Shown: positions 39,014-48,496 of the stretch, one piece after another | Position numbering within the stretch: position 1 is the first letter of the stretch | Layout of the letters: each line of letters starts with the position of its first letter | Origin: an uncultured Pseudomonadales bacterium | GTDB taxonomy: Bacteria > Patescibacteriota > Microgenomatia > UBA1400 > Chazhemtobacteraceae | Assembly: GCA_964422035.1 (NCBI GenBank) | Contig: CAYQZQ010000001.1 | Coordinates: 185,013-249,012 of the forward strand | Direction: 5' to 3' | DNA length: 64,000 bases | Notes under the pieces: generated by a model | What the model saw: only the letters and a program-made list of their open reading frames with translations | Told to the model about the DNA's origin: nothing | Database searches by the model: none | Translations under genes and position numbers: made by a program

Positions 39014-40318
39014 TTAAGAATTATTTATTTTTGCCTGAAATTTGTTAAAAGCTATAGAAAAGGTAAATAAAAATATGGGAACCGTGATTATGCTGGAAAT
39101 AACAAGAGCATAAGCCGGCCCAGTGGCCCCCAGAATAGGTGTTAAGTAGATAATTACACCGATGGTAATAACAGTGGTTAAAACAGCAAAGATCGATGGT
39201 ATGTGCGGCTTGTTGATGCTGTTTAATACAGCACCAGGTATTGGCGTTAGAGTTGTGATTAAAAAGTACCAACTTAGAATTTTCAGCACCTCAAAGGCTT
39301 GAGCGGCAAACTGAGGATCATTTAACCACCAAACTAATACCGGCTCTCCCCATCTGTGTACCAGAAAGACTTGAATTGCACCCAATAATAAAATTAAGCT
39401 CTCTAGTCCTAGGATGAGTTTTTTTAGCTTGGGAAGTCTTTCTTTGGTAGAAAGAGACGTACTCATTGGGAAAAATGCTAATGTAGCTTGAGAAATTGCT
39501 CCTGAAGCATTTACGATTATTTGGTGAGGTACCGTAAAAATTGAAACGGCACCAGCAGATAAGAAATCGCCTATTGCATATCTAGAGAACTGATTTTGCA
39601 ACTGGTTAGATAAGTTGCCAATAAAGTGCTTTACACCAAAATTTAAAAGAGACTTTGAGGAATCTCTGTAAAATTTGGGAGAAAGAGGGTTATTTTTAAA
39701 GTAACGATACGAATAAATCAAAAGTAAAATAAGTAAAATAAAATACATACTTAATCGAAGTAAAAATATGGCTTGAATGTTGGGAAAAAATTGGACCAAT
39801 AGAGCAGGAAGTATGGTGTTTCCAGAACCGACGATTAAAGGATATAAGTTGTAAGTAAAAAAGTTTTGCCTTGCTTGAGGTAAAGATAAGCCGTGAATTA
39901 CTAGATAATTTAAAAAGACAATAAGTGAAACCAATAGTGATGTCCTAACAAGTCCTGCCTGGCTTAATGGGTCAAGAGCTTTGATATTAGTCAAAAACAG
40001 GATGCTAATTAGAAAGAAAACGGCAGACATTATTACGGCGTTAATTAAAAATAAAAACAAGGAAGATTGCCAGATCTTAAATTTTTGGCTTTTAGTTATT
40101 TTTGGTAAAGAAAGGCGACGAATGGTGGCCGTTGAAAGACCAAAATCAGCGGACACTGCTAGTGGTATTAAGCCAGAGAAAAGCAGGTATACTCCAAAAC
40201 TGTCAGGGCCTAATTTGGAGAGCAGAATTGGCACTGAAACTATACTGCCAATAGCAACATAGATGTATCCGACTAAATTAAGAGTAGTGTTTTTAACTAA
40301 AGTTCTCTTTAAACTCAT
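39014..40318 (-). CDS. Oligosaccharide flippase (Wzx-like)
   Basis: About 12 TMs; LVKNT, LGPDSFGVY, DFGL, LGATGPA. Confidence 0.85.
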   Translation of the reverse strand: MSLKRTLVKNTTLNLVGYIYVAIGSIVSVPILLSKLGPDSFGVYLLFSGLIPLAVSADFGLSTATIRRLSLPKITKSQKFKIWQSSLFLFLINAVIMSAVFFLISILFLTNIKALDPLSQAGLVRTSLLVSLIVFLNYLVIHGLSLPQARQNFFTYNLYPLIVGSGNTILPALLVQFFPNIQAIFLLRLSMYFILLILLLIYSYRYFKNNPLSPKFYRDSSKSLLNFGVKHFIGNLSNQLQNQFSRYAIGDFLSAGAVSIFTVPHQIIVNASGAISQATLAFFPMSTSLSTKERLPKLKKLILGLESLILLLGAIQVFLVHRWGEPVLVWWLNDPQFAAQAFEVLKILSWYFLITTLTPIPGAVLNSINKPHIPSIFAVLTTVITIGVIIYLTPILGATGPAYALVISSIITVPIFLFTFSIAFNKFQAKINNS

Positions 40319-41400
40319 GACTTTATTTTATGATACAGGTGATTAATCTTTCTAGCTATTTTTTTATGATCAAAGTGGGTCTGCGCCCTCTTTCTGGACT
40401 TTTTGCCCATTTTTTTTCTAAGTTGTGTATTTTCAACCAATTTCTTCAGTTGTCGATATGTATCTGCCACATCAGATTGCTCTACATATAGAGCTTCAGA
40501 GCCGCAAACTTCTGGTATAGCTCCAGATCTGGTGGTTATTATTGGTAAGCCTGATGCCATAGCTTCTACCAAAACCATGCCGTATTGCTCTTGCCAAGTC
40601 TTGGTAGACTTACTCAATAGGCAAAAAATGTCAGCTTTCTGATATTCCTGATTGATCTGACTATAGCTAACTGACTTAATTTCAACTCCTGATTGCCTTA
40701 CTACTTTTGACATGGAGCCAGAACCGATAATTGTGAGCTCCACCTTAGAAGTCTCATTTTTTAATCTTAAGAATGCTTGAAGTAACTCATTTACGCCTTT
40801 TTCAGTCTCTAATCTGCCAACAAATAGTACTCGAGTAATGTTGTTACTCGACTTTTTGTGTACAGGTGAAAACCTGTGTAAATCAACTCCCATGGGGATT
40901 ACAGATATTCTATCCTCACTCACCCCTTCTTTTATCAATGCCTTTTTTGCCATATTTGTTACGGTTATATAATGATCAATGTGCTTGTATGAAAGTTCTT
41001 TGATTTTCTTTCTCCCTTTTAATGTTTCATTATTGTGAGGGATTATCTCCCACACCGTGCTTATAATTTTGTCTATCTTACCCAGTTTTTTGGCATTTAT
41101 GACTTGTCTGTTGTAGTTGTAGTATGTTTCCGCAACATGAACAATGTCAGACCCTTCTATTACACTTGATAAACCAAGCAGATAGTGAGCATCTCCAAAT
41201 ACTCTATTCAAAACAGGATATTTATGTGGAAAGTTTGGAAGATCAGTCGGTGACCATAGTTTTACTAGAGGAAGCTTGATGTTTTCATTAATAGGATTCT
41301 GAGAAGATATTGCCTGAATCTTGTGCTTTTTCTTTAGTGAGTTATAGTTTTGTAGCTCAAAAGGATTTAAGAAAGCCCCTCGGATTATGCTAATTTTCAT
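40315..41400 (-). CDS. Glycosyltransferase family 4
   Basis: VGRLETEKG, WQEQYGMVLVEAMASGLP. Confidence 0.92.
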   Translation of the reverse strand: MKISIIRGAFLNPFELQNYNSLKKKHKIQAISSQNPINENIKLPLVKLWSPTDLPNFPHKYPVLNRVFGDAHYLLGLSSVIEGSDIVHVAETYYNYNRQVINAKKLGKIDKIISTVWEIIPHNNETLKGRKKIKELSYKHIDHYITVTNMAKKALIKEGVSEDRISVIPMGVDLHRFSPVHKKSSNNITRVLFVGRLETEKGVNELLQAFLRLKNETSKVELTIIGSGSMSKVVRQSGVEIKSVSYSQINQEYQKADIFCLLSKSTKTWQEQYGMVLVEAMASGLPIITTRSGAIPEVCGSEALYVEQSDVADTYRQLKKLVENTQLRKKMGKKSRKRAQTHFDHKKIARKINHLYHKIKS

Positions 41401-42502
41401 CGATTTTTTTTTCAATTAATTTAAAGAAGTCTTGCCATGTCCACTTGTTCTGTATTTTTTTAATTCCTTTTTTTCCAAGTTTCTCATACATATTAATTGC
41501 TTTTATTGTCTTATTTTTGAACTCATTTAGGTCTCTCCCCGTCAAAAAGCCTGTACATCCATCATAAACATTTTCTTTTAAACCCCCTTCATTCACTGCC
41601 ACAACTGGAAGGCCTGTTGCTTGTGCCTCAATTGAGATTAGTCCAAAAGGCTCGTGATAGGCGCCTATACAAAGCACCTTGGACTCATTGTAGAAATTTA
41701 TAATCTCATTTTCTGACACATGACCACAAACATCCATGTATTTACTTTTATTTCCCAATATTTTGCGTAACTTTTTCTCGTATTCGACGTCTCCACCCCC
41801 TATAATTATGAGTCTGTATTTTCCTAAAATGGGTTTAAGAGCTTCTACTACGAATTCGTGGCCTTTTAGCTTTTTTAGCCCACCTATTGAGAGTATTTGG
41901 TCTTTCCTGTCCTTATTAAGTGGTTTAAACTTTGTGATATCTACACCCGGATATGCGACCTTTGATTCCTTTTGGTATATTTCAAAGATTCTTTTTTTAG
42001 AATAGTTAGAATTTGCAATTATTGTTTTAGCTGATTCGACATTTTTCTTGTCAATGTACTTCAAAGGATATCTAAATATATTAGCGACTTTACTTTTTAT
42101 TTTTGGGGCATGCAAGTGAAAGTTTTCATAAAACTCTCGTGGAGGTTCATGTAATAGATACATGTGACCTATCTTTAGATAGCGCAACAAATAAGGTGAT
42201 TTTGTAAAATAATCATGGGAGATAATTGCAAAGTCATATTTGTTAATTTCATCAGCCATTCTTTTGTGTACTTCAGGGAGTTTGAGCGCAATCCACGCTA
42301 GTCCTTTAAAAAAACCATTCCAAGGCTTGACTTTATAACGAATCTCTTTATTTTTTGAAATTTTATTTTGCCAATTTTTCTCGCCCTTTACGCTTAATGA
42401 GAAGGTCTGTACTGTATGCTTTTTCGAAAGGTGCTCTTCAAGTTGAGCGATCACTCTATACCCACCGCCTCCGGGAATATTGTGAAAGATAGCGATTCTC
42501 AT
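41390..42502 (-). CDS. Glycosyltransferase family 4
   Basis: PGGGG, KGH, EPFGLISIEAQATGLP. Confidence 0.9.
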   Translation of the reverse strand: MRIAIFHNIPGGGGYRVIAQLEEHLSKKHTVQTFSLSVKGEKNWQNKISKNKEIRYKVKPWNGFFKGLAWIALKLPEVHKRMADEINKYDFAIISHDYFTKSPYLLRYLKIGHMYLLHEPPREFYENFHLHAPKIKSKVANIFRYPLKYIDKKNVESAKTIIANSNYSKKRIFEIYQKESKVAYPGVDITKFKPLNKDRKDQILSIGGLKKLKGHEFVVEALKPILGKYRLIIIGGGDVEYEKKLRKILGNKSKYMDVCGHVSENEIINFYNESKVLCIGAYHEPFGLISIEAQATGLPVVAVNEGGLKENVYDGCTGFLTGRDLNEFKNKTIKAINMYEKLGKKGIKKIQNKWTWQDFFKLIEKKIDEN

Positions 42503-42547
42503 ATGTTTTGTTGACTAAATATTTAAACCGGTGTTAACTTATTTTAA

Positions 42548-45061
42548 GTGAAAAGAATAATAAATGGATTATTTCTTTTTTTGTTTAAAATAGTGATAAT
42601 CTTACTGCCTCTACTTTACCACTCCAAAATATACGCTTTCTCGGAAAATTTTAATGGCTCTTATGATAATCCCGATATGTGGACAGAGGCACCAAATGAT
42701 GGAGCTATAAAATTTACTCAAGAAACCATATCATTAGAAAGCAATAAGAATTCAATTAACTCATTTCCCTATTTGTACCTTAATGACAATTCTATCTTTG
42801 GGGAAATATTGCCTATAGAAATTGAAATTCGCTTTAGATATACAGAACTTGGTGATTTTGGTGGTGGTATTTTTATCTCAGATGGAATTGTGCTTTCAAA
42901 GAGTGAGAGGAGAGAGAAAGCTCTTTTTCAAGTTTGGCAAGATGCTGCAAATTATAAACTATCTCTAATCTCTCATTTGTGTCACGAAAATGAGCCTGGC
43001 TGTGATGAAAGATCAGTATTTTATACAGCGGATGACTATAATACAGAATCTCATGTATTGAAAGTAGTATATTCAGCAGACAATAAATATAGAGCTTACC
43101 TTGATGATTTTGGCCAACCATTGTTTATTTCTAGTCAAACTTATCGTTTTCCAAAAGGATTAGATTTTGGAAATGTTTCAACGACTGAATCTCAAAATCT
43201 TTGGTCTGATATTGAAGTTGACTATGTCCGCATTAACGAAACTCCATCGAATGAATTAACACCAGTGCTAATTATTCCCGGACTAGGAGCTTCATGGAAC
43301 TATAACGCTATCCTAAATAATACTGAGAGCAGTAATTGGTTTTTGCCTGAATGGATAAATGTTTATGACAATCTCATTAATACCTTTGAAGATGCAGGGT
43401 ATACCAAGAATGAAGACTTGTTCGTTTATACCTATGATTGGCGCAAGAAATTAAACGAGCTGGGAATCGACCTGAATAACTATCTTAATAACTTAGTTAA
43501 CTCAGGAAAAGTGAAAGATGATGAAAAAATTAATGTTATTGGTCACAGTTATGGCGGTTTGGTAGGACGATCATATTTACATCAATTTGGGAGCGATACT
43601 GCGAGCAAACTAATCACATTAGGATCCCCTCACGAAGGATCTGCTTTATCTTATGGTGCTTGGGAGGGCGCCCAACTTTGGGGACGGCCTTGGTGGCAGA
43701 AGGTAGCTTTAGAAGTACTGCTTGAACTTAATCGTGCTCCAGGAGAGACAAAAGTTGAGGCAATTCAAAGAATGTCACCTTCCCTAAAAGACTTGCTGCC
43801 CGTATATCAAGATTATTTATATGATACTCAAGCAGAAGGGTGGAAAGATGTTGCAAGCTTATATCAGCAGAACTTAACATTGCATAACTGGAAAGGTAGA
43901 GTTGGGGATGTCGACAATAAAATTACTGCACTTGGTGGAGTTAATAAGCAAACTCTAGAAACAATTGACGTAGTAGAGAGAAATTGGATTAATAGAGCCT
44001 TAGATCAATGGGAAGACGGCAAGCCAAAAAATTTAAATTACAGCTCACAAGGTGACGGAGTTGTTTTAGCATTGAGTGCATTTAGCAGTTTGGGTAATTT
44101 TTCAACCATAGAAAGTGATCATGTGGACTTGGTGAGCAATAACCAAGGATTGGACATGATCTTGGAGACAATTGGATTAGGGCCACAGGCAATTAACAGC
44201 TCTTCAGTTGATAAAAGTGAAGAGGTATTAATAGTTTTATTAGAATCTCCTGGTAAGCTTCGACTAATAGATTCACAGGGCAAGGTTCTAGATGAAAACA
44301 CTTCTGAATTTGATGGCTATGTTGTTAGTGATCCCAAGATGATTATTGTTCCTTCTCCATCTCTTGGTAATTATCGGATAAAGATTATTGAAGAAGGTGA
44401 GGTAGGGCAATATCATTTGCATGTGGGAATACTCAAGAGCCTAAATACTGAATGGCTAAGTTTTATGGGGAATTTGAAATCAAGCGAGGTTGATCAATTC
44501 AATATAGAGCTGGATGAAGGGGGAATCGAGGCTGCCAGCAGCGCGGCTTATGACTACAAAGAAGTTATTGATGAGTTACTAGTTCAAATTGATAGCTTAA
44601 TGAACTCATGGCAAGAGAGAAATGGTCAACGAGCCGAGATATTTTATGCGTCAGCTAAAAACAATATTCGCTCGGCCTACGAAGAGGCCGATGACGATGA
44701 AGTTCTATTGTTGCTTAACAGATCGCGATATTTATTAAATCAATTAAGCCGTCAGGCCGAAAGCTCTGAAAAATATCAGGTTGCTGAAATCACAGAAGAG
44801 CTTCTTTCTAAAATCGATGATTGGAGTTATCAATTTGGTGAGTCTGAAGAAAGTGAAACAGAAAAAATTAAGCTTGTTTTAGAAAGGGTAATTAATTATA
44901 AAGAAAATGAACTGTCTATAAATTATGATAAAAATAAAGCTTTGAGTTTTATTAAAGCTAGCCTATTAAAAGAAAAGGGTGATGATTTGTTTATTAACCA
45001 AGAATGGGGACAAGCTAGAGAAACCTATTTATCTGCTTGGTTTTGGCTGATAAAGTCCTGA
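42548..45061 (+). CDS. Secreted multidomain alpha/beta-hydrolase (LCAT/PGAP1-like lipase or acyltransferase)
   Basis: Signal peptide, beta-rich N-terminal domain, IIPGLGAS, YDWR, GHSYGG nucleophile elbow, LGSPHEGS, GDGVV, H in SDHVDL, helical C-terminus. Confidence 0.8.
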   Translation: MKRIINGLFLFLFKIVIILLPLLYHSKIYAFSENFNGSYDNPDMWTEAPNDGAIKFTQETISLESNKNSINSFPYLYLNDNSIFGEILPIEIEIRFRYTELGDFGGGIFISDGIVLSKSERREKALFQVWQDAANYKLSLISHLCHENEPGCDERSVFYTADDYNTESHVLKVVYSADNKYRAYLDDFGQPLFISSQTYRFPKGLDFGNVSTTESQNLWSDIEVDYVRINETPSNELTPVLIIPGLGASWNYNAILNNTESSNWFLPEWINVYDNLINTFEDAGYTKNEDLFVYTYDWRKKLNELGIDLNNYLNNLVNSGKVKDDEKINVIGHSYGGLVGRSYLHQFGSDTASKLITLGSPHEGSALSYGAWEGAQLWGRPWWQKVALEVLLELNRAPGETKVEAIQRMSPSLKDLLPVYQDYLYDTQAEGWKDVASLYQQNLTLHNWKGRVGDVDNKITALGGVNKQTLETIDVVERNWINRALDQWEDGKPKNLNYSSQGDGVVLALSAFSSLGNFSTIESDHVDLVSNNQGLDMILETIGLGPQAINSSSVDKSEEVLIVLLESPGKLRLIDSQGKVLDENTSEFDGYVVSDPKMIIVPSPSLGNYRIKIIEEGEVGQYHLHVGILKSLNTEWLSFMGNLKSSEVDQFNIELDEGGIEAASSAAYDYKEVIDELLVQIDSLMNSWQERNGQRAEIFYASAKNNIRSAYEEADDDEVLLLLNRSRYLLNQLSRQAESSEKYQVAEITEELLSKIDDWSYQFGESEESETEKIKLVLERVINYKENELSINYDKNKALSFIKASLLKEKGDDLFINQEWGQARETYLSAWFWLIKS

Positions 45062-45101
45062 CGTTTTCTAAATTTAAGCATTTCTGTTACAATTCGCTCA
45101 A

Positions 45102-45530
45102 ATGAAGGACAGGTTGGAAAGAGCCAGAAAGCCAGTTATAGACTCTTTTGGAGAGAAGTTACGTGAGCATATTAGATCATTCAAGTTTAAAGTTGAGTTA
45201 GGTGAGGATGATTCTCTAAAAGCTCTGGGAGAAGAGTTGCAAAGAATTAAAGAAGATGAAATTGAAGTTGAAGGAAAGGTTTCGCCTGGTAAGTTTGTAC
45301 TACTTAAGGATTTAAAGTTTGACGAAAAAATATGGTTTATGCCTTTAGACTTAGAAAACGCAGGTGGCTTTATAGCAGTTGTGGGAGAAGAAGAAGTTTG
45401 GGCTGTATCTAGAAAGTCAAGTATGGGCGGCAAGCTGTTTAATCAATACAAGAACCTTAAGACAGGAGATGAGTTTAGTTATTCTACTGAAGCCGGTGAG
45501 TTAAGTTGGAAAGTTATGGCAGTAATTTAG
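45102..45530 (+). CDS. Hypothetical protein with a GreA/GreB/Rnk-like C-terminal domain
   Basis: VSRKSSMGGKL...LKTGDEFSYSTEAGELSWKVMAVI matches the Gre C-terminal pattern IS..SP.G.AL...K.GD.......G......V..I. Confidence 0.55.
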   Translation: MKDRLERARKPVIDSFGEKLREHIRSFKFKVELGEDDSLKALGEELQRIKEDEIEVEGKVSPGKFVLLKDLKFDEKIWFMPLDLENAGGFIAVVGEEEVWAVSRKSSMGGKLFNQYKNLKTGDEFSYSTEAGELSWKVMAVI

Positions 45531-45606
45531 TGGTGGACGGTGAAGGACTTGAACCTTCGACCTCTGCAATGTGAATGCAGCGCTCTGCCAACTGAGCTAA
45601 CCGTCC
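45531..45606 (-). tRNA. tRNA-Val(CAC)
   Basis: CTGCA-TTCACAT-TGCAG; encoded CCA. Confidence 0.95.
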
Positions 45607-45702
45607 GTTGCGGCTAATTATACCTTAAGACCTGATAATAATATGCTCTTAGTATTGTAAAATGGAGTTGATAGATTTAGTTAAAGCGAGTAATCTTAAT
45701 AT

Positions 45703-46287
45703 ATGATTAATTTTTTGAAAAAAATCAGCAAGTGGGCAATGGATATTGTCGAGGTGTTTGTCATCTCAATGTCAGTATTTATTATTATTTATCTTTTTTT
45801 AGTTCAACCCCATCAAGTAAAAGGCCAATCAATGCACCCTACTTTTAAAGATGGTGAGTACTTAATGACTGATAAGATTTCATATCGAAGAAGAGACCCA
45901 AAAAGAGGTGAGATAGTAGTCTTTAAATCACCTGTAAATGAGAGTTTTGATTTCATAAAAAGAGTTGTTGCAGGACCAGGAGATACAATTTTAATTAATG
46001 ATGGACTGGTATATTTGAACGGCAGTGAATTAGCAGAGCCCTATATAACTGAGGGGTACAAAACTGAAGGAGGCAGATTTATAAGAGAAGGGGTGGACTA
46101 CACAGTGCCACAAGGAACATGGATAGTAATGGGAGATAATCGCAGTCATTCAAGCGACAGTAGAGAATGGGGGCCTGTTCCTTTTGAAAATTTTGTAGGA
46201 CGTGGTTTTTTAAGATACTGGCCTTTAGATGCAATAAGCTGGATAAACACCCAAAAAGATGTACAGGCGGCACAGAGAACTAAATAA
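45703..46287 (+). CDS. lepB: Signal peptidase I
   Basis: GQSMHPT (Ser), FIKRV (Lys), GDNRSHSSDSREWG. Confidence 0.95.
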   Translation: MINFLKKISKWAMDIVEVFVISMSVFIIIYLFLVQPHQVKGQSMHPTFKDGEYLMTDKISYRRRDPKRGEIVVFKSPVNESFDFIKRVVAGPGDTILINDGLVYLNGSELAEPYITEGYKTEGGRFIREGVDYTVPQGTWIVMGDNRSHSSDSREWGPVPFENFVGRGFLRYWPLDAISWINTQKDVQAAQRTK

Positions 46288-46291
46288 GAAA

Positions 46292-47122
46292 CTATTTTAA
46301 ATCAGAGCCGGTAATCCAACGATAGATTTTTTTGACTTGATTTTCTGTTTTTTTAACATCACCTTTTAAGGCTATGTGAATGGCAGTCTCAACTCTTGAT
46401 CGACGAATTTTAACGTCAGCGTTGTCGCCTATTACTTTTTGCAGATCTTGAGCCATCTGATCAATTTGTTCATTAACAGGAGAATCTTTCTTTTCTTCAG
46501 ATTGCTTGCCTCTCCTTTTTTTATTTCTCTTTAGCCTCCTGGCTAACTCTTCGGCTCGGCGAACTGAGCCGTCTTCTTTGAGAATTGTTTTGTAAGCATC
46601 AATCATGGTTGGGGTGTCTTTGATAGCTGACAAAGCTCTGGCATGACCTTCTGTGATCACACCTGAGATGAGGCCGTCTGTTAAAGCGTCTGGGAGTTCT
46701 AGAAGTTTTAAAGTGTTACTTACATAAGCGGGACTTTTACCGATTCTTTTTGATATCTCTTGATTAGTCATGCCAAACTCGTTGATTAATCTCTCAAATG
46801 ATTTTGCTCTCTCAACCGGGTTTAAGTCTTGTCTTTGAACATTTTCAACGATTGCCATCTCAAGCATTCCCTTGGGGTTGGTTTCTTTGATAATGACAGG
46901 AACTTCATCTAGGCCGGCAACTTTGGATGCACGCCATCTTCTTTCACCGGCAATGATTTGATAACCTGCAGGAGTGTGAGCCACAACTAAAGGCTCGATA
47001 ATGCCGTGAATTTTGATGGAGTCTACTAAGTCAGCGAGAGAATCAGGTCTGATGGAACCACGCGGCTGGAGAGGGTTGGGTTGCAGTTGATCTATTGAAA
47101 GTTTTGTAACTTCGTCACTCAT
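46292..47122 (-). CDS. parB: ParB/Spo0J partition protein
   Basis: PNPLQPR, IIAGERRWRAS, VENVQRQDLNPVE, HTH, GHARAL. Confidence 0.93.
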   Translation of the reverse strand: MSDEVTKLSIDQLQPNPLQPRGSIRPDSLADLVDSIKIHGIIEPLVVAHTPAGYQIIAGERRWRASKVAGLDEVPVIIKETNPKGMLEMAIVENVQRQDLNPVERAKSFERLINEFGMTNQEISKRIGKSPAYVSNTLKLLELPDALTDGLISGVITEGHARALSAIKDTPTMIDAYKTILKEDGSVRRAEELARRLKRNKKRRGKQSEEKKDSPVNEQIDQMAQDLQKVIGDNADVKIRRSRVETAIHIALKGDVKKTENQVKKIYRWITGSDLK

Positions 47123-47370
47123 TGAGAGATAACTGTGATGTATTTACGACCTAGCTTTTGCTTGAAAGAGACTTTTCCTTCGCGAGTAGCAAAAATTGTG
47201 AAATCCTTGCCAATTTTTGTACCATCACCGGGGTGAATCTTGGTGCCTCTCTGGCGAACTAAAATGTTGCCTGGCTGAATGGTTTGACCATCACCTACTT
47301 TAAGACCAAGGCGTTTACCTGGCCTCTGTGAATGCTGTCTGGCTTTACCGGATTGTTTTGACTTTGCCAT
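47119..47370 (-). CDS. rpmA: 50S ribosomal protein L27
   Basis: GKRLGLK, GNILVRQRGTKIHPG, GKDFTIFA. Confidence 0.95.
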   Translation of the reverse strand: MAKSKQSGKARQHSQRPGKRLGLKVGDGQTIQPGNILVRQRGTKIHPGDGTKIGKDFTIFATREGKVSFKQKLGRKYITVISQ

Positions 47371-47371
47371 G

Positions 47372-48496
47372 TTATTTTTTGTTAAATTTAAGTATTAAAA
47401 TTTGACGTTCTATTTTGGCGCCTGGACGGGTAAATATCAAGCTTGAATCGATGATATTGTAGCTTAAGCTTGGGTGACTGTCAATGAATTCGTGGGTAGA
47501 AATAGTTTTGTCTTCCATTTTAAAACGAGGAAAGGCTATCACTAATCTGGCTTGGTCTTTTAGAAAACTTTGCCAATCTTTTAGAGCACCCAGATAGAGT
47601 TTTTGCAGACCTTCAGCAATTTGAGGCATGTCATCTTCTTGTGGAGAAACAGGGCCCAGTGAAGGCTCAGTAACTATGACGTCTATTGAATCTTTTATTA
47701 TTTTAGATAGATGAGTGGCATCATGATTGTAAAGTATTGTCGTAGTGAAGGGTTGCTGACAGAAATGATTTTGAGGGAGCCAGTCAAGATTTTGTCTGGT
47801 ACCTGTCATTTTATCTTCTGATATATCACTACCAATAGTGTTGGCTCCTAAGAGAACTGCTTCTGTCAGAATAGTACCTGTACCACAGAATGGGTCCAAC
47901 AGAGTAAGATCTTGGGTGTCTGTGCTGTTTAAACCAAGGTTGACCATTATTCTTGCTAGTTTAGGGGGCAGCATACCTTGTTTGGGGGTAAGAAAGGGCT
48001 TATTGCGATCTCTCTCAATCCAATTATTATAGTCATGCAAGTGGGTGGTGTGAAAAAATTGCTTGGACTCAAGATCAATGGTTATTTCTGTAACACTTTG
48101 TGTTTTTATGATGAGAGGAGACAAAAAAGGGTTGCGTGCTTTTATATATCGTGAGGAAAAGTCGTTTTTGGTTAAGATTTCTTTCACTTCCTTGGCTATT
48201 TGAAAAGCTTTGGTGTTGTTGCTTTGAAGTATATTTATTGAAAAGTTTTTATTACCCACCTTTTGAATGAAATCGGAGATTTGGGAAGTGGGGTTATCAG
48301 AGTCAAGATCTGATACGAATGAGGCTATTTTAACAGTGCCACCCAGCCGACAGTTTAGATCATCTAAGTCGAGCTCATCTTGAGACTCAAAAAGAGCTGT
48401 GGACTCGAATAATTTGTGATCAAAATTAGGCACCAGAGAATCTAGTTCAGCAAGAGAAAGGGGAATGTTTTGACCAAGGAAGAATAAATATTTCAC
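47372..48496 (-). CDS. Class I SAM-dependent RNA methyltransferase, Trm11/TrmG10-like
   Basis: GMLPPKLARIMVNL, LLDPFCGTGTILTEA, GSDIS, DAT, VIVTEP; GTG start. Confidence 0.75.
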   Translation of the reverse strand: MKYLFFLGQNIPLSLAELDSLVPNFDHKLFESTALFESQDELDLDDLNCRLGGTVKIASFVSDLDSDNPTSQISDFIQKVGNKNFSINILQSNNTKAFQIAKEVKEILTKNDFSSRYIKARNPFLSPLIIKTQSVTEITIDLESKQFFHTTHLHDYNNWIERDRNKPFLTPKQGMLPPKLARIMVNLGLNSTDTQDLTLLDPFCGTGTILTEAVLLGANTIGSDISEDKMTGTRQNLDWLPQNHFCQQPFTTTILYNHDATHLSKIIKDSIDVIVTEPSLGPVSPQEDDMPQIAEGLQKLYLGALKDWQSFLKDQARLVIAFPRFKMEDKTISTHEFIDSHPSLSYNIIDSSLIFTRPGAKIERQILILKFNKK

